Positions 22,417-33,783 of a stretch of 64,000 bases of DNA are shown piece by piece. Position numbers and translations under genes: made by a program. How positions within the stretch are numbered: the stretch's first letter is position 1; each line of letters opens with the position of its first letter. The notes under the pieces were generated by a model, which was not told the DNA's origin, did no database searches, and was given only the letters and a program-made list of their open reading frames with translations. The DNA lies in NCBI GenBank assembly GCA_964035575.1, contig OZ037847.1:62001-126000 (forward strand). Direction: 5' to 3'. Source of the stretch: Rhynchopus sp. YZ270_cl-10 (taxonomy: Eukaryota).

Positions 22417-22902
22417 TGTGTGGTGTGTTTGTTGTTTGTGTTTGTGTAGATCCTATTTGTGCTGATACGAGAGGGGATGCAAACTCTGAAACGGACACCC
22501 AGTGGTTTGCCGGATGGTTCACAAGGTGATTACAACAACGAGGGGGGATACTTTTTTTTGTGCGGTTTTTGTGCGGTATGTACCATATCAGGAAGACAAT
22601 CTGCAAAAGTCATCATCGCTGCATGACTGGTGAGACACTTTCATTTTCATGGTTTTGCGTTATGTGTTGATGTGTTAATGCAGCAATATAAATTGCGCGA
22701 GGGTTGGGACAATAGTAAAAGTTGGTCGTACCTTTAAAAAAAAATGTTTGCGCTTCCGAGACAATCCCTGCATCTCGAAAACATGGATTAGAAAGATGAA
22801 TCTCCTCCTCGACTCGCGAGCTGAGTCACCTTAAAAAGATTGTGAAAATTGTTGTGTAATTGAACAGGTGATGGTGATATACCCATCACCTCCAGGAGAT
22901 GA

Positions 22903-23750
22903 CTAAAACTTATTTGAGACCAGCGTCCAGAGCTGATAGCCGTATGCCACTTCGATGAAGCCCTGTGATGAAAAGTATGTTGGGTACAAGCAAGCTAACA
23001 TGATGTGATCCTACATACCACAGATTCAATGTGTTGGTCGCACTCTGAACGCAGGCATTTGTGGACAGACCACGCTACGTTTTCGTAGGTTTCCCTGAAC
23101 TTCCCTGCAATCTCTGTTGCGCTCATCTCTTTTGAGACGCACTCCTTGAACATGTTGCACTGTGCTTCCTCGAGGCCTCCGTGCTGCTTGACTTGAGGCT
23201 CTTCGGTTTTTTTGATGGAGAACTCGTTGTTGTCTCCATATGCTTCTAAACGTTCGCAGGTGAGCTGGAGGTGGTGCTGCGCTTGGTCCAGGAGGTGGTG
23301 ATCTAGCTCTTGGCTCGGCCCAACGTAGGTGCACCCGTACATCCAGAAGAAACACCTGAGGCGCTCAGTGTGCTCGCACTCTTGGTGGTGGTCTGAGGCG
23401 AACGCGTACTTCCCACTCCACGTGCATCCCTTGTTGCGGTTGTCGCACACAGAGTCGAGCTCCAGGACCTGTAATTTCAGATTCTTCATGGCAGTGATGT
23501 CGGAGTCATCGAAAGGCGTGGAACAGCTGGGGCAGTTGTTCCCGCAGTCGTTCTGCCACCTCACAATGCATGCTTCGCAGAAGATGTGTCCACACCCATC
23601 CACTGCGATCTGCCGTGGCTCGACCATGACACCACCCCCGATGGGACACATGAGCTCCTGAGGGGCCCCTTCAAACAGGCTGATGTCCCTGCAGCCACCT
23701 GGACGTGGGGGCGGTGCTGACGATTCATCAGCGGCGTCGTCTGCTGCCAT
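22903..23750 (-). CDS. RING + TRAF-type zinc finger protein with a dynein-light-chain-like C-terminus; 1 intron (22963-23018)
   Basis: CPI..CGHIFCEACI..CPSC; CDNRNKGCTW..H..C; GTATGT..CAG intron gives in-frame GFIEVAYGYQLWTLVSNKF*. Confidence 0.8.
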
Positions 23751-23855
23751 ATTAGTGTAAGTGTGTTAACTGAAGACAATGTGTGGTGCTTGAAAATAAA
23801 AACGGTGAGGAATAAATCAAAACATATTTTCCAGAGAGAGCTAATTTTAATGAGG

Positions 23856-24188
23856 TTAGCATGAGCCAGTATGTAAATACGATGTCACTATTGTGTTGTC
23901 CCCAGAAGGGTTGTGCAGGACGATGGTGAACGTTTCTGTTGAAAGTTCGCTGACGCAGAACGCAGCTGTGATGTCGGTGGGTGTCACGTGGATCTGCTTC
24001 AGGAACTCTTCTGTGTTTGTCCCGTACACGTGTCGGTCGTAGCGCATCCCGTTTGCTTCAGTTACAGTTGTCCCTGAACAGCTCGTGGAACAGGTAAATG
24101 TGTACGACGACGTGGTGTCCAGGGTGAACTGCACTGCGCCAAACGCTTGCGCACATGCTCCCACAAGAAACAACAAAGTCCGCAGCAT
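23856..24188 (-). CDS. Small secreted hypothetical protein (~110 aa)
   Basis: Signal peptide MLRTLLFLVGACAQAFGA; coding-like composition. Confidence 0.55.
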   Translation of the reverse strand: MLRTLLFLVGACAQAFGAVQFTLDTTSSYTFTCSTSCSGTTVTEANGMRYDRHVYGTNTEEFLKQIHVTPTDITAAFCVSELSTETFTIVLHNPSGDNTIVTSYLHTGSC

Positions 24189-25126
24189 TGTGCTCGCTTC
24201 TTGTGTAAGACCCAGTGTACCTTCGTGTGGAGTGGGAAAACCTGGGGACGGGGGCAATGGATGTCAAAAAAGAACTCACTTTTTTTATAATTTGTATCAG
24301 TGAAACCGTGGATTGCACGGGTGTGGGTAGCACAATACACGTTAACCGGCTTGTGTCCGACAAGCGTTGTTGGAGACGAAATATATCTGACATTCCGCAC
24401 CCACGCAAACCCAGACCAAGGCAGGATATTGTGGACCTGACCACGGTTCCGCCTGACCACGAGTTTTCATTGTTTTTTTTTTGTCGTTGTTAAGTACCCA
24501 CCCACCCGCTACCTTCGCCAAAGGAACTATTGTCACTAAGAAAAGTCTATCTGCTGTCCAAAAGAAAAAAGCACTGTTGTACAGTGCACAAGGCACAGTG
24601 AAGTGCAAAGCCAGAAGCAAGAATGGTACAGCCTAGTCCCTCCAGTCAGTTTATCCCACCGCAGTTTTGTGCAGACAAAACCTGAATTTGTCATCATTTT
24701 CTGAGCGAAACAAGGAAAAATAAGAAAACGCTATTGAAAGGGTGTTTGACAGAAAGCCACATCCGTGACCATCGACAATAATCTTCCAATAAGTTGTCAT
24801 TTGCAGACACCACCACCGATGCAGGCAGCATTATTACTACCACCAGCAGAGTAAAAATAAAATAAAAACACTGTGATTTTTCACACACTGTAGAATATAG
24901 AACTGGAAAAAAAAAGGGGGAAGAAAACGTATAAAAAAAAGTCTCATTTTATTTTCAACGTAGGTGACATACCTTTCGTTACTTTTTTGTTTTGTTTGTT
25001 TGTTTTATTTTTTTTTTGTCTCTTTTGGGTTTGCCTTTTTTTTATTCTTTTCTGTCCTACTGTGGACAGATAGCCAAAAATGCAAATCCATTCCCTTTTT
25101 TCACTTTCTATTTCACCTTCCTCCGA

Positions 25127-26014
25127 TCAGTAATACTGGATCTCCGGGGACGGGACTGGGGTAGCAGCACGCCAGCAGTGGTCGAGCCAGTTGTAGCAAC
25201 GGTCGAAGGCATTTCCTTTGATTGTGTTTGTGGTGTGCTGGGCAACGGTGATGGCGGTGTTGTCGAACTCGAGGAACTGGTAGAGGCTGCCGCTCTTGGC
25301 GAAGAGCTGCAGACAGTCGCCCTGCACAAGCGGGTCGGGGATGGGCATGATGTACGGCGGGCCGCTCTCCTTCCCGTCCCACTCCTTCGACGTCTTCAGA
25401 GCAACGGACGGCTGCACAGACGCAACCTCCGAGTACGGAATCTCTTCCCTGATCCCAACCTTGCTCGTGAACGCAACGTGCGTCGCAGTGATGTACACAG
25501 TACCCTCAATCTTCTGTCCACTGTGCATCGCCTTGCACCCGTAACTGGCCTTGAACCCTCCCGCCTGCGACTGTAATAATGGGGTTTTGGAGTTGATGTC
25601 GTTATAGTTGACATACCAAAGTCGGGAACTCTGCCGCAAACGCGGTTTTTTGCCGTGTTTCGAATTGCCCGCGTGTAGCGGTTTCCACAGAGGCGTGGGT
25701 CTTGTCTGCAGCGTCTCCTAATTGCGTGAAGGTCGACTGCAAAAAGGGAGAATCAGAATCAGAGAATCAGAAAGCAACGTATGACATACCTTCGCGTGCT
25801 TGCCAAGCTTCCCCAACACACTCGACTCTTTCGATGCCTCTTCGCGGGTGCGCACTGCATCCTGCTGCGCATCCTTCGATCGCTGCTCTTGTTCTTCCAG
25901 GTAGTGCTTGTACTCCTCCTCAGGCGTGCACTCCGTCACAGGTGCAACAGGCTGCGGTGGCGGCCCGCTGATCTTTAAGGTAATAAGTTTGGAGAAGACA
26001 TGTTCCGCAGACAT
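25127..26014 (-). CDS. GRAM-domain protein; introns 25571-25616 and 25737-25789; start uncertain
   Basis: Both GTATGT..CAG introns restore frame; GRAM-like YGCKAMHSGQKIEGTVYITATHVAF..IPYSEVASVQ. Confidence 0.75.
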
Positions 26015-26915
26015 CTTTCTTGTGTACTAAGTAGTGGTTTCCTGAAGTGGCGTTCAATAGTGGTTGGGAGGTTGAGGAAAACCTGGCACAAACAGCCTCG
26101 GTCAACCAACATCCACTGTTCATCCTGTGGGCGTGCAGGCACCCGAGGAAGACCTCTTTTCAAAAAAAACTTGGCTGTGTGCAACACCAGAGGATGTTCG
26201 CTTCACATCCATGGTTGCGTTTTATTTTTCCTTCCTTCAAAACTTCACACGCAACGCTTTTGGTTTTTGGGAGAGACACATGCTTACGTTTTGGGTACGG
26301 GGCGGAGAATAAAATCTGTTCAATAAAAGAAACGCGAGCTTATTGTTTTTATCTTGTTCAGTGATTTGTTCGTTGAAGCCAAACGACGACGGAATTTTTT
26401 TGTTTTTGAGTTAGAAAAAAAAATACCGATTGCCGTTTAGAGCGACGGAGGAGAGGCATGAAAAACATTTTGATTTTTTTCATTTGAATAACAGCATCAA
26501 GAGACCAACGGGAACAACCACAATGCTATCTCCCTTTGATGCTCTTCTCTGCGAGATGTCCGCAAGCAACCAAATAAACAAACAAACCAAAAAACAAATG
26601 GTAAATTTTGGAAGACATGAGCCCGGTCACCAAGGGGTGGGACCCATTTTCGGCCAAAAATTTCCCTATAATCTGGGTTTGTAGACCCTTTACCCGCCCC
26701 CTACATGTGGGGAAAAAACATACAAAACGTATTCGCGATTCGTGAACAAACACGCACTCAGACATTCTACTGATTCACAAGATTCACAGTGAAACCTCTT
26801 CGGTGAAGTTACTGCACAAAGGTTAGGGTAGTTAGAGTAGAAGAAACAATGGCAATATTCCGCGATTCGATTTCTCCACTAACACTAGAGCAAACGCCTC
26901 TGCTCAATGCTGAGG

Positions 26916-27020
26916 GCTATCCTGAGGGAAACTTCGAGTGAACCAGCTACTAGATGGTTCGATGGGTCTTTAGCCCCTATACCCAGCTTGGACGAACGAT
27001 TTGCACGTCAACACCGCAAC
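26916..27020 (-). pseudogene. Isolated ~100-nt LSU (28S) rRNA fragment
   Basis: Minus strand reads TGACGTGCAAATCG..GGGTATAGGGGC..ATCGAACCATCTAGTAGCTGGTTC..CGAAGTTTCCCTCAGGATAGC, including the LR5 primer site. Confidence 0.9.
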
Positions 27021-27065
27021 GTCGTCCTGGACCGAGGACACATGACGCCCCCGTCACTCCGTATG

Positions 27066-30017
27066 CTAATACATGGTCGAGGTTGACAAGAGAGACGGTG
27101 GACCCGCAGAGGAGCTGTTGTGGCTGGGCAACTCCGACATTGCTGTCTGCGAGATCACGTCTGCGTCGCGCGCAAGCTCCAACCAGTTCGGGATGTCCGG
27201 CCCACCAGCCGCCTCCACCTCGTTGAGACGCTCCTCCCCTTCAGGGACGGACCACCCTGCAATCTTGCGTTCGTGTTCGTTGACACGGGGTTCTGGGATC
27301 TGCACGTTGCAGTGCTCAAAGCCGTCCTTCAGGTCTCCTGTGCAGATGACGTCGATGTCAGACATATGCTGCAAAAGGCTGTGCCACAACGTGTTGCGTC
27401 CCAAAGACCGTACATTCCCAACAATTACCATCCCACGCTGCGCACGCGTCAGACTCACGTTCAGCCTGCGTGGGTCGGAGAGGAAGCCAAGCCCGCCCGC
27501 CTCATTGCTGCGGACGCAGGAGAGGATGATGTACGCCTTCTCGCGACCCTGGAAGGCGTCGACGCTGGCCACCTCGACCTCCTTCAGCTGCGAGAGGATC
27601 GCGTGGTCGCTGCTGCGAGAAAAGCGTGCCAGGATGTGGCAGCGCTGCCCGTCGTACGGCGTGATGACACCAATCGACTGTGGGGGTACATTCGCCTCCA
27701 GGAGCGCAATCACGTTCCGCTCTACGACCATCGCCTCTGCACGGTTGAGGTACGAGGTGCCTGACCCACCAAGCTCCTCTGGGCAGGCCTCGTGCACGAA
27801 GGCGATGGGGTAGTCGCTGCCGCGCTTCCACTTCACGCGTGAGTCTGAGGCACGCATGCTTTCTGGCAGTCCGTTCTGCAGGGCACCGTCGTAGAAGACA
27901 CCCGACGGCCACACCGACAGCGCAGGGTGCATACGGTACTGCACCGTCAGCTTCTCGGGAACAATTCCTGTGGTTTGTGGTGTAGGAGTTTGTGGGGGTA
28001 GGAGGTGAGGTTGGGGATGGGGTAACGTACCTAGGCACACCATGCGTTCAAACATGGAGCGGTCGTAGCCGCGCGACTTGCCGTCGAGGTTGAGCACAAC
28101 AGGCCCCAGCTGTTTGTGGTCGCCAATGAGAACAAGCTGCTGGCATCCCAGGGTGATGGGGATGAGTGCCTGTGGCTCTGTGGCCTGCGTCGCCTCGTCA
28201 AGGAGCACTGCAGGGAACTTGACGTTCTTGATGCGCACGTCTGCCGCCGCACAGCACGTTGTCACAATGATGTCCGCCTCACGGATCAACAGCTGCTCCA
28301 GCTCCTTCATGCCCTTGAACAGCATGCCCTCCTCACGCTCCGTCAGGCCACGCCCGAAGTTCTTCCTCCTCAGCAGCTGGCTGGCCGTGGAGTCTGCTTG
28401 CGACTCCATTACGCATTCGATCTGTCTGTGCAAATACAAGAAATCTGCGTCTGTGGTGATGGACCTAGAGGCCATCGTGCTCTCCTTGACACGCGACGCG
28501 AGGCGGATGACCTTCAAGCCGGTCTTCGCGATCTTTGCGGCAAGATGGTCAGCTGCGGTGTTGGAGGGGCAGCACGCGAGAAGCTTGCTGTGCACCTTCG
28601 CGAGGTTGAAGGCGACTGCTGCGGAGGTCGTCGTCTTGCCTGTCCCGGGTGGGCCCTGGATGAGGGACACGGACTGCCGCATGGCAGTGGTGATGGCCTG
28701 CACCTGCGAGTGGTTCAGTGGCGGCAGGCCCGGCACAGTCTCGATGGCGACGGCGTCGTTCTCTTCAATAAAGTTCTGTCCGTGCCCAAGCAGCGCATGG
28801 AACACACGTTCAGAGCAACATGTCTCCGAGTCAGCAAAGCGCTGCAGTGCCTCCTCCTGCCGCTTGTACGTGATGCCATTCCACACAGGAGACAAGTGGT
28901 ACGGTCCCGGAGGCAGGTGTGCATTGCGTCCACGGTTCTCCTGCCTCTTCGTGTCTGTTACGATGCGGACAAAGTGCGACCCAGACCTGTTCTTGTTCGA
29001 CTCAACACTCGAGACACGGAAGATCTCTGTCCACCCGCACTCCGTCTCAAGCTTCACTCTGTCGTGCATACCCAGGGTCACCGAGTCCCCTTGGTGGAAG
29101 GTGAACCCACCCGAGCTCACTGCATTGGTGTTGGTGTTCTCCCAGTGTATCTCGACCTTCTTGAGGCCTACAGACTCAGTCAGATTTTTGTCCTCTTCTG
29201 CCTCACAGCGGACGAAGGGAAGCATGACCTGGCGGAAGTGCACGCCGTCGGAGAAGTGCAGCGGCACGCCGTCAGTGTCGCCCTCCGTCTTGTCCAGCTC
29301 TTTGATGCGTTTGGTGGGCTCACTCTTCCATACCTCCTCCAGGCGGCGCACGTGCTTCATGGAGGGACGGAAGGACGGTGTTGTCTTCGGCTGTCCTGCG
29401 ATCCATTCGGGAAGCTGCTTCTCGATGATGAGCGGCTTCCAGGCGTCGGTCTCCCCGAAGAGGGTCGAGCCGCTGTGCAGGCAGGGCTCTCTGCAGACGA
29501 CGATGGTGGCGTCCTCCTCTGTCGCGTGCGGCATGTGGCCGAGGGCGAAGACATTGCGGTTCTCACAGACGCAGCAGGCGAGGGAGACGCCTGCCATGCT
29601 GGACTTCTCGTGCACGGACAGCGTGTTGTTGCCTGAGAGGATCAGGTGCATCGTGATGTGCGAGCACCCTGACGTTCCGTGCGTGCCGTTGCAGAACCAC
29701 TTGTCCATCCTGTCACACCGCAGAACCGACTGCACATCAGTCACCCCGCAGTACTCACATGCCCACGGCACTGCGTCAGGCTGCAGTGCAATGTCCCACT
29801 GCTGCTCGTCTCCGTAACACTCAATAAACTCTCGCTTGCAGTACGCACGCCCGTCTGTCGGATCCACGCGCTTCTCCTCCATCTCCTGCTCAATCCTCTC
29901 ATGCTCCGTCTGCACGTTCTCTTTGCACGGGTCTGCTGTGCCAGCCTCAGATCCACCCCACTCAAACTCACCTGCGGACTCCTCCGAATCGGTCACATCC
30001 TCCCATTGCAGCGACAT
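27066..30017 (-). CDS. UPF1: UPF1/regulator of nonsense transcripts 1-like SF1 RNA helicase; 63-nt in-frame intron 27968-28030
   Basis: CH domain (ACEYCG..KWFCNG..SHI); GPPGTGKT; DEATQATEP; GDHKQLGP; QYRMHP; SVDAFQGREK; RRLNVSLTRA. Confidence 0.9.
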   Translation of the reverse strand: MSLQWEDVTDSEESAGEFEWGGSEAGTADPCKENVQTEHERIEQEMEEKRVDPTDGRAYCKREFIECYGDEQQWDIALQPDAVPWACEYCGVTDVQSVLRCDRMDKWFCNGTHGTSGCSHITMHLILSGNNTLSVHEKSSMAGVSLACCVCENRNVFALGHMPHATEEDATIVVCREPCLHSGSTLFGETDAWKPLIIEKQLPEWIAGQPKTTPSFRPSMKHVRRLEEVWKSEPTKRIKELDKTEGDTDGVPLHFSDGVHFRQVMLPFVRCEAEEDKNLTESVGLKKVEIHWENTNTNAVSSGGFTFHQGDSVTLGMHDRVKLETECGWTEIFRVSSVESNKNRSGSHFVRIVTDTKRQENRGRNAHLPPGPYHLSPVWNGITYKRQEEALQRFADSETCCSERVFHALLGHGQNFIEENDAVAIETVPGLPPLNHSQVQAITTAMRQSVSLIQGPPGTGKTTTSAAVAFNLAKVHSKLLACCPSNTAADHLAAKIAKTGLKVIRLASRVKESTMASRSITTDADFLYLHRQIECVMESQADSTASQLLRRKNFGRGLTEREEGMLFKGMKELEQLLIREADIIVTTCCAAADVRIKNVKFPAVLLDEATQATEPQALIPITLGCQQLVLIGDHKQLGPVVLNLDGKSRGYDRSMFERMVCLGTLPHPQPHLLPPQTPTPQTTGIVPEKLTVQYRMHPALSVWPSGVFYDGALQNGLPESMRASDSRVKWKRGSDYPIAFVHEACPEELGGSGTSYLNRAEAMVVERNVIALLEANVPPQSIGVITPYDGQRCHILARFSRSSDHAILSQLKEVEVASVDAFQGREKAYIILSCVRSNEAGGLGFLSDPRRLNVSLTRAQRGMVIVGNVRSLGRNTLWHSLLQHMSDIDVICTGDLKDGFEHCNVQIPEPRVNEHERKIAGWSVPEGEERLNEVEAAGGPDIPNWLELARDADVISQTAMSELPSHNSSSAGPPSLLSTSTMY

Positions 30018-30224
30018 AGTGTTCGAGTTCTTGTTGAAGTCTACGTGGTGGTGTTTGAATCGACGGAGAGGGGAGAGGGGGTCAAATGATTCGAAATACA
30101 CGATTCTTTTTAAATTCTATCAAAACAAATGACTGTAAAACTTGCAGTAGCAGAGAGCCTCTATTTTACTCTAGCACTCTTCCCAAGGATAAGGGAGGTT
30201 ACTTTGAAAATCCAAAGGCAGAAT

Positions 30225-33021
30225 CTACCACTTCACATTGTACCTCGTACGATAGTCACGCAGGGGAGACGGTGTGCGCTGTGGCGACTGTCGCACAGCG
30301 GTGTTCGGTACAGGCTCGCTACCGGTATTGGGGCTGGCACTGGTGAGGTATGCGTGCATGGGGGGCGACTCGTATGAGTACATATGTGGCGAGGGTGAGG
30401 AGCGTGGGCTGACGGTTCGCGCACGCTCTTGGAGGAGGAAGCGGAGCTCGCGGTCAGAGGTGTCGCGTTGCTTGATGCAGTCAGACACCTCACGCTGGAG
30501 GGTGCGGTACTTCTCCTTGAGCACAGCGTACTTCACCTCGTAGGCGCGTGACGAATCCTTGCGTGCGTCGTACACGGCGTGCTGCCGCGACAGCATTGTC
30601 TCCAGCTCATGCGCTTTGTCATTCGTGTCCTGAATCGCCTCCGCCGCCTTCACAGCCGACAACTCTGCGGTTTGCAGCTGCTCCGCCAGCTTGTCGGCCT
30701 TCCTTCCGCGTGTCCTCGTCTCACCGACCGCAGCAGCCGCCTCTGCACGGCACAGCTCTGCCCACCACGCAGCTGCGTCAGCCTCATGCGACAGACGGCT
30801 GCACGCCTCCGATGAGAGGAAGGCCTGCACCTCACACCCACTCAGGTGGAGTACTCTGCGCTGCAGGGCTGCACAGGTCTCTTCGCTTTGCATGAGACGT
30901 TTTGCGACGTCTGTCTTTGCTGGGGTCGTTTGCCTGTTGAAAAATAAATAAGGGTACCGAAACTTTTTTTTTTTGTAAGCGTCCCGGCCAAGCATGTTCC
31001 CAGATCACGTGATTTTGACCAAAATTTTGGGGTCCAGATCAAGCATGTTCCCAGATCACGTGATTTTGACCAAAATTTTGGGGTCCAGATCACGAAAAAA
31101 AAAAGGGGTATGGGGTGCATTTTTGGGCGTTTTTGTCGATCGCATCGTCCGATTCGGTGCGATTGCAGAAAGTGATGGGGTCATTTTGGAAAAATGGACA
31201 AAATTTTATTGACTTAAATTTTTGCAAAATATGAACCCATACTCGCAAACAAGGGTCATTTTTTTTTTTGTACTCAGGTAGCTACGTAGCCTTCAGGGAG
31301 GCAATCGTGTGCTAATACAGAAAGTATCAGTCAAGGCTGTCCTTACAGACGCATGCCAAAGCGGCCGCCACATGGGTGTGGACTTTAGATTGAAGTTTCA
31401 TCATTGTACTAGCCCAGGGAGGGTTCCCGGCTACCGGCGAGGTCTCTTCCAATCCGTTCCCTAGTTTCCTAGGGGGGCCTCCTTGGCTTCACTGGCTAGG
31501 GCTCTGCAGGTCCCTCCACACATGTTGTGTGCCTGCCTTCAGCACCCAGGGTAGCATACCCAGCACCTTTTACCCTCAGGTCAGACCTTCATAGAGTTTC
31601 AGGAGGAGTGCCACAAAAGGGCCCCCGGATGCAATTTAACGTCCAGCCCAGGACGGCTCATTTTCAGGTTTGAAAACCCAACTTCAGATGAAATTGTGGT
31701 GTTTTAAGTGGGAACACAGTAGCGCCGCAGGCGCACGGTACCCAACTTTTGTCTTTTTCCTTTTTCCCTTTTCTCTGCCTTCTTTTGATTGTGCGAGCCG
31801 ATTGCTCTCCACGGTGGGGTCACATGTGTGTGCAAAAACACTCTGAAGTACCCTTACTAAGAAATATGAGATTCTCTGGTTTTAGTAAGGAAAAACGTAC
31901 CGAGCAAAATCGTCAAAAATCTACGGTAGTCGGTAGGCGCGTAGCGCGACCCCCGTGCGCACCCAACTTTTTTTTTTTTTGTTTTCCCCAGAAAAGTACC
32001 GCAATTGACGGATCGCGATCCGTGCGAACCGTGGTGGTGACTCATCTGAAAAAATATTGAGTAGAACATCTGCAGATCGTGTGCGAGCACTTTTTTTTTT
32101 TTTTTTTTTTTTTTTTTCCCAAAATTCCTGAAAACCAGATCATGATCACGATCTGGGAAAAAGCTTGGCGGTGACGCTTACAAAAAAAAAAAGTTTCAGT
32201 ACCCTAAAGTCATATGATAAGACAGGAATGCCATACCAAGGTGTGCCCTCCGACCTTCGCGTCCCTGGCGGTGTCCTCGTGTCCCCCCTCCTCAGAGCCT
32301 CAACCTCTATCTGCAGGGACGTGATCATGCCACCCATCCCCAGCAGCTTTGCGTTGCAGCTGTCCTCTGCCGCACCCACTTCTGCCCGCGCCTGCGTCAG
32401 CTTCCTCAGCAGCTCTTTGTTCTCTGCACGCAGCTCCTCTCGCGCACGCTCGCTTGCCGCAGCAGCATTCTCCACACGCTGCTGCTCGACGCCCAGGAGG
32501 TGCACTGCCTCTTCGTTTTCCACCTTCATCTGCCGCATGAGGGTGTGCGCCTCTTCAAACTGCTTGCGTGCGGCAGACACCTTGACACTGCACTCACGCT
32601 CAACGATGGTCAGACGTACATCACGTTCAGCGATGGTCTCCTCGAGAACACTGATTGCAGAGAGGTCGTGCGCATCCAATATGGGAAGCGGCTCTGTTCT
32701 GAGCGACGCGTTCTCCTCTTTGAGGGCACGGATCTGCGTAAAGCACGTCTGCAGCGCAGCCTCGCACTGCTCGTGGATGTGCGGTGCACTGTGCGCTGTG
32801 TACAGCGTGTCGTGCGTCCCCTGCAGCCACCTCCCGAAGTAGCGCCGTGCAAGCCCAAGCAACGCGGTGCGGCACTGCGAATGCACACACACCTCCGCCA
32901 CATGCCGCCGCCACTCTGCGTTCTTTCTCAACACAACGTCCACATCCACCTCAGCCTCGTACTCTTCACTGAACTGCAATAATCTATTCACTTCCCCCGA
33001 AGCTTCCTTCGAGCCGCTCAT
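30225..33021 (-). CDS. Coiled-coil hypothetical protein; two exons joined across intron 30934-32236
   Basis: TG|GTATGG donor and CAG|G acceptor join the two ORFs in frame (..EGTPW-QTTPAK..). Confidence 0.75.
30952..32204. mobile_element. Non-autonomous PIF/Harbinger-like DNA transposon inside an intron
   Basis: ~55-bp TIRs GGGTACYGAAACTTTTTTTTTTTGTAAGCGTC..; TAA on both flanks; 51-bp tandem duplication at 30990-31091. Confidence 0.85.
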
Positions 33022-33783
33022 CTAATTCCAAATATCAACTGTAACGCATACATGCGTTCAATACGTCTGAGAGAAATGGTGATAGGGTTCAGGGGTTGTG
33101 GAGGAAGTCAGGGTATAGTGTTTGGGGGAAAATAGGTGGGTCGCTGGGGTTACTACTCAGGTTGCCGAAAATTCTATGGGGGGAGTGCGGAGTGGTGTGA
33201 GAGTGTGTGAAACAGAAAGTCGGAAATAATTACCCCAAACCGAGAAAACCTCCCCCGCGAAAAAGTAAAAGACTGAACAATAGACTGTTGGGTCTCCAAA
33301 TTTGCCAATGGAGCCACGATGCATGTGGCAATACAAACACTCAACAAAAAGAAAGAAAGAACGGTATATTAGATGAACCTAAGCCTCTCGTGCTTGCCAA
33401 AAATCATGGAACACTGTGCTCCGATTTTCACGTGAGTATAGACAGTGCTATAAATGGGAACTGTGTCGTGGCAAAACGGACAGTTCATGAGCACGAAGAA
33501 AACGAGCATAAAAGGCAGAAGAAATCTTGCAAAGAGAGAGAGAGAGAGAGCGATTTTTTAGGCTGCTGCAACTTAATGAAGAAGCTATATTGCACCGGGG
33601 AGAGGGGCTAGAGCACCAAGGAGAAGGCTACTTAAGTAGTCTCCGCCACTGCCTTCCACCTCTCCTTCCTATATTGGCTGTGCTCGCCCATATGGACGTC
33701 GCACAGATTCGCATAACAGACATAGAAAAGAAACAAAGACGAAGAAGTAATTGTGAGACGGAACGAAACCCCCTCGCACAGAC

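Noticed and set aside
26821..26840. Telomeric TTAGGG
   Set aside because: Single unit only
26916..27020. Functional rRNA gene
   Set aside because: Only ~100 nt match, flanks are not rRNA and there is no operon context
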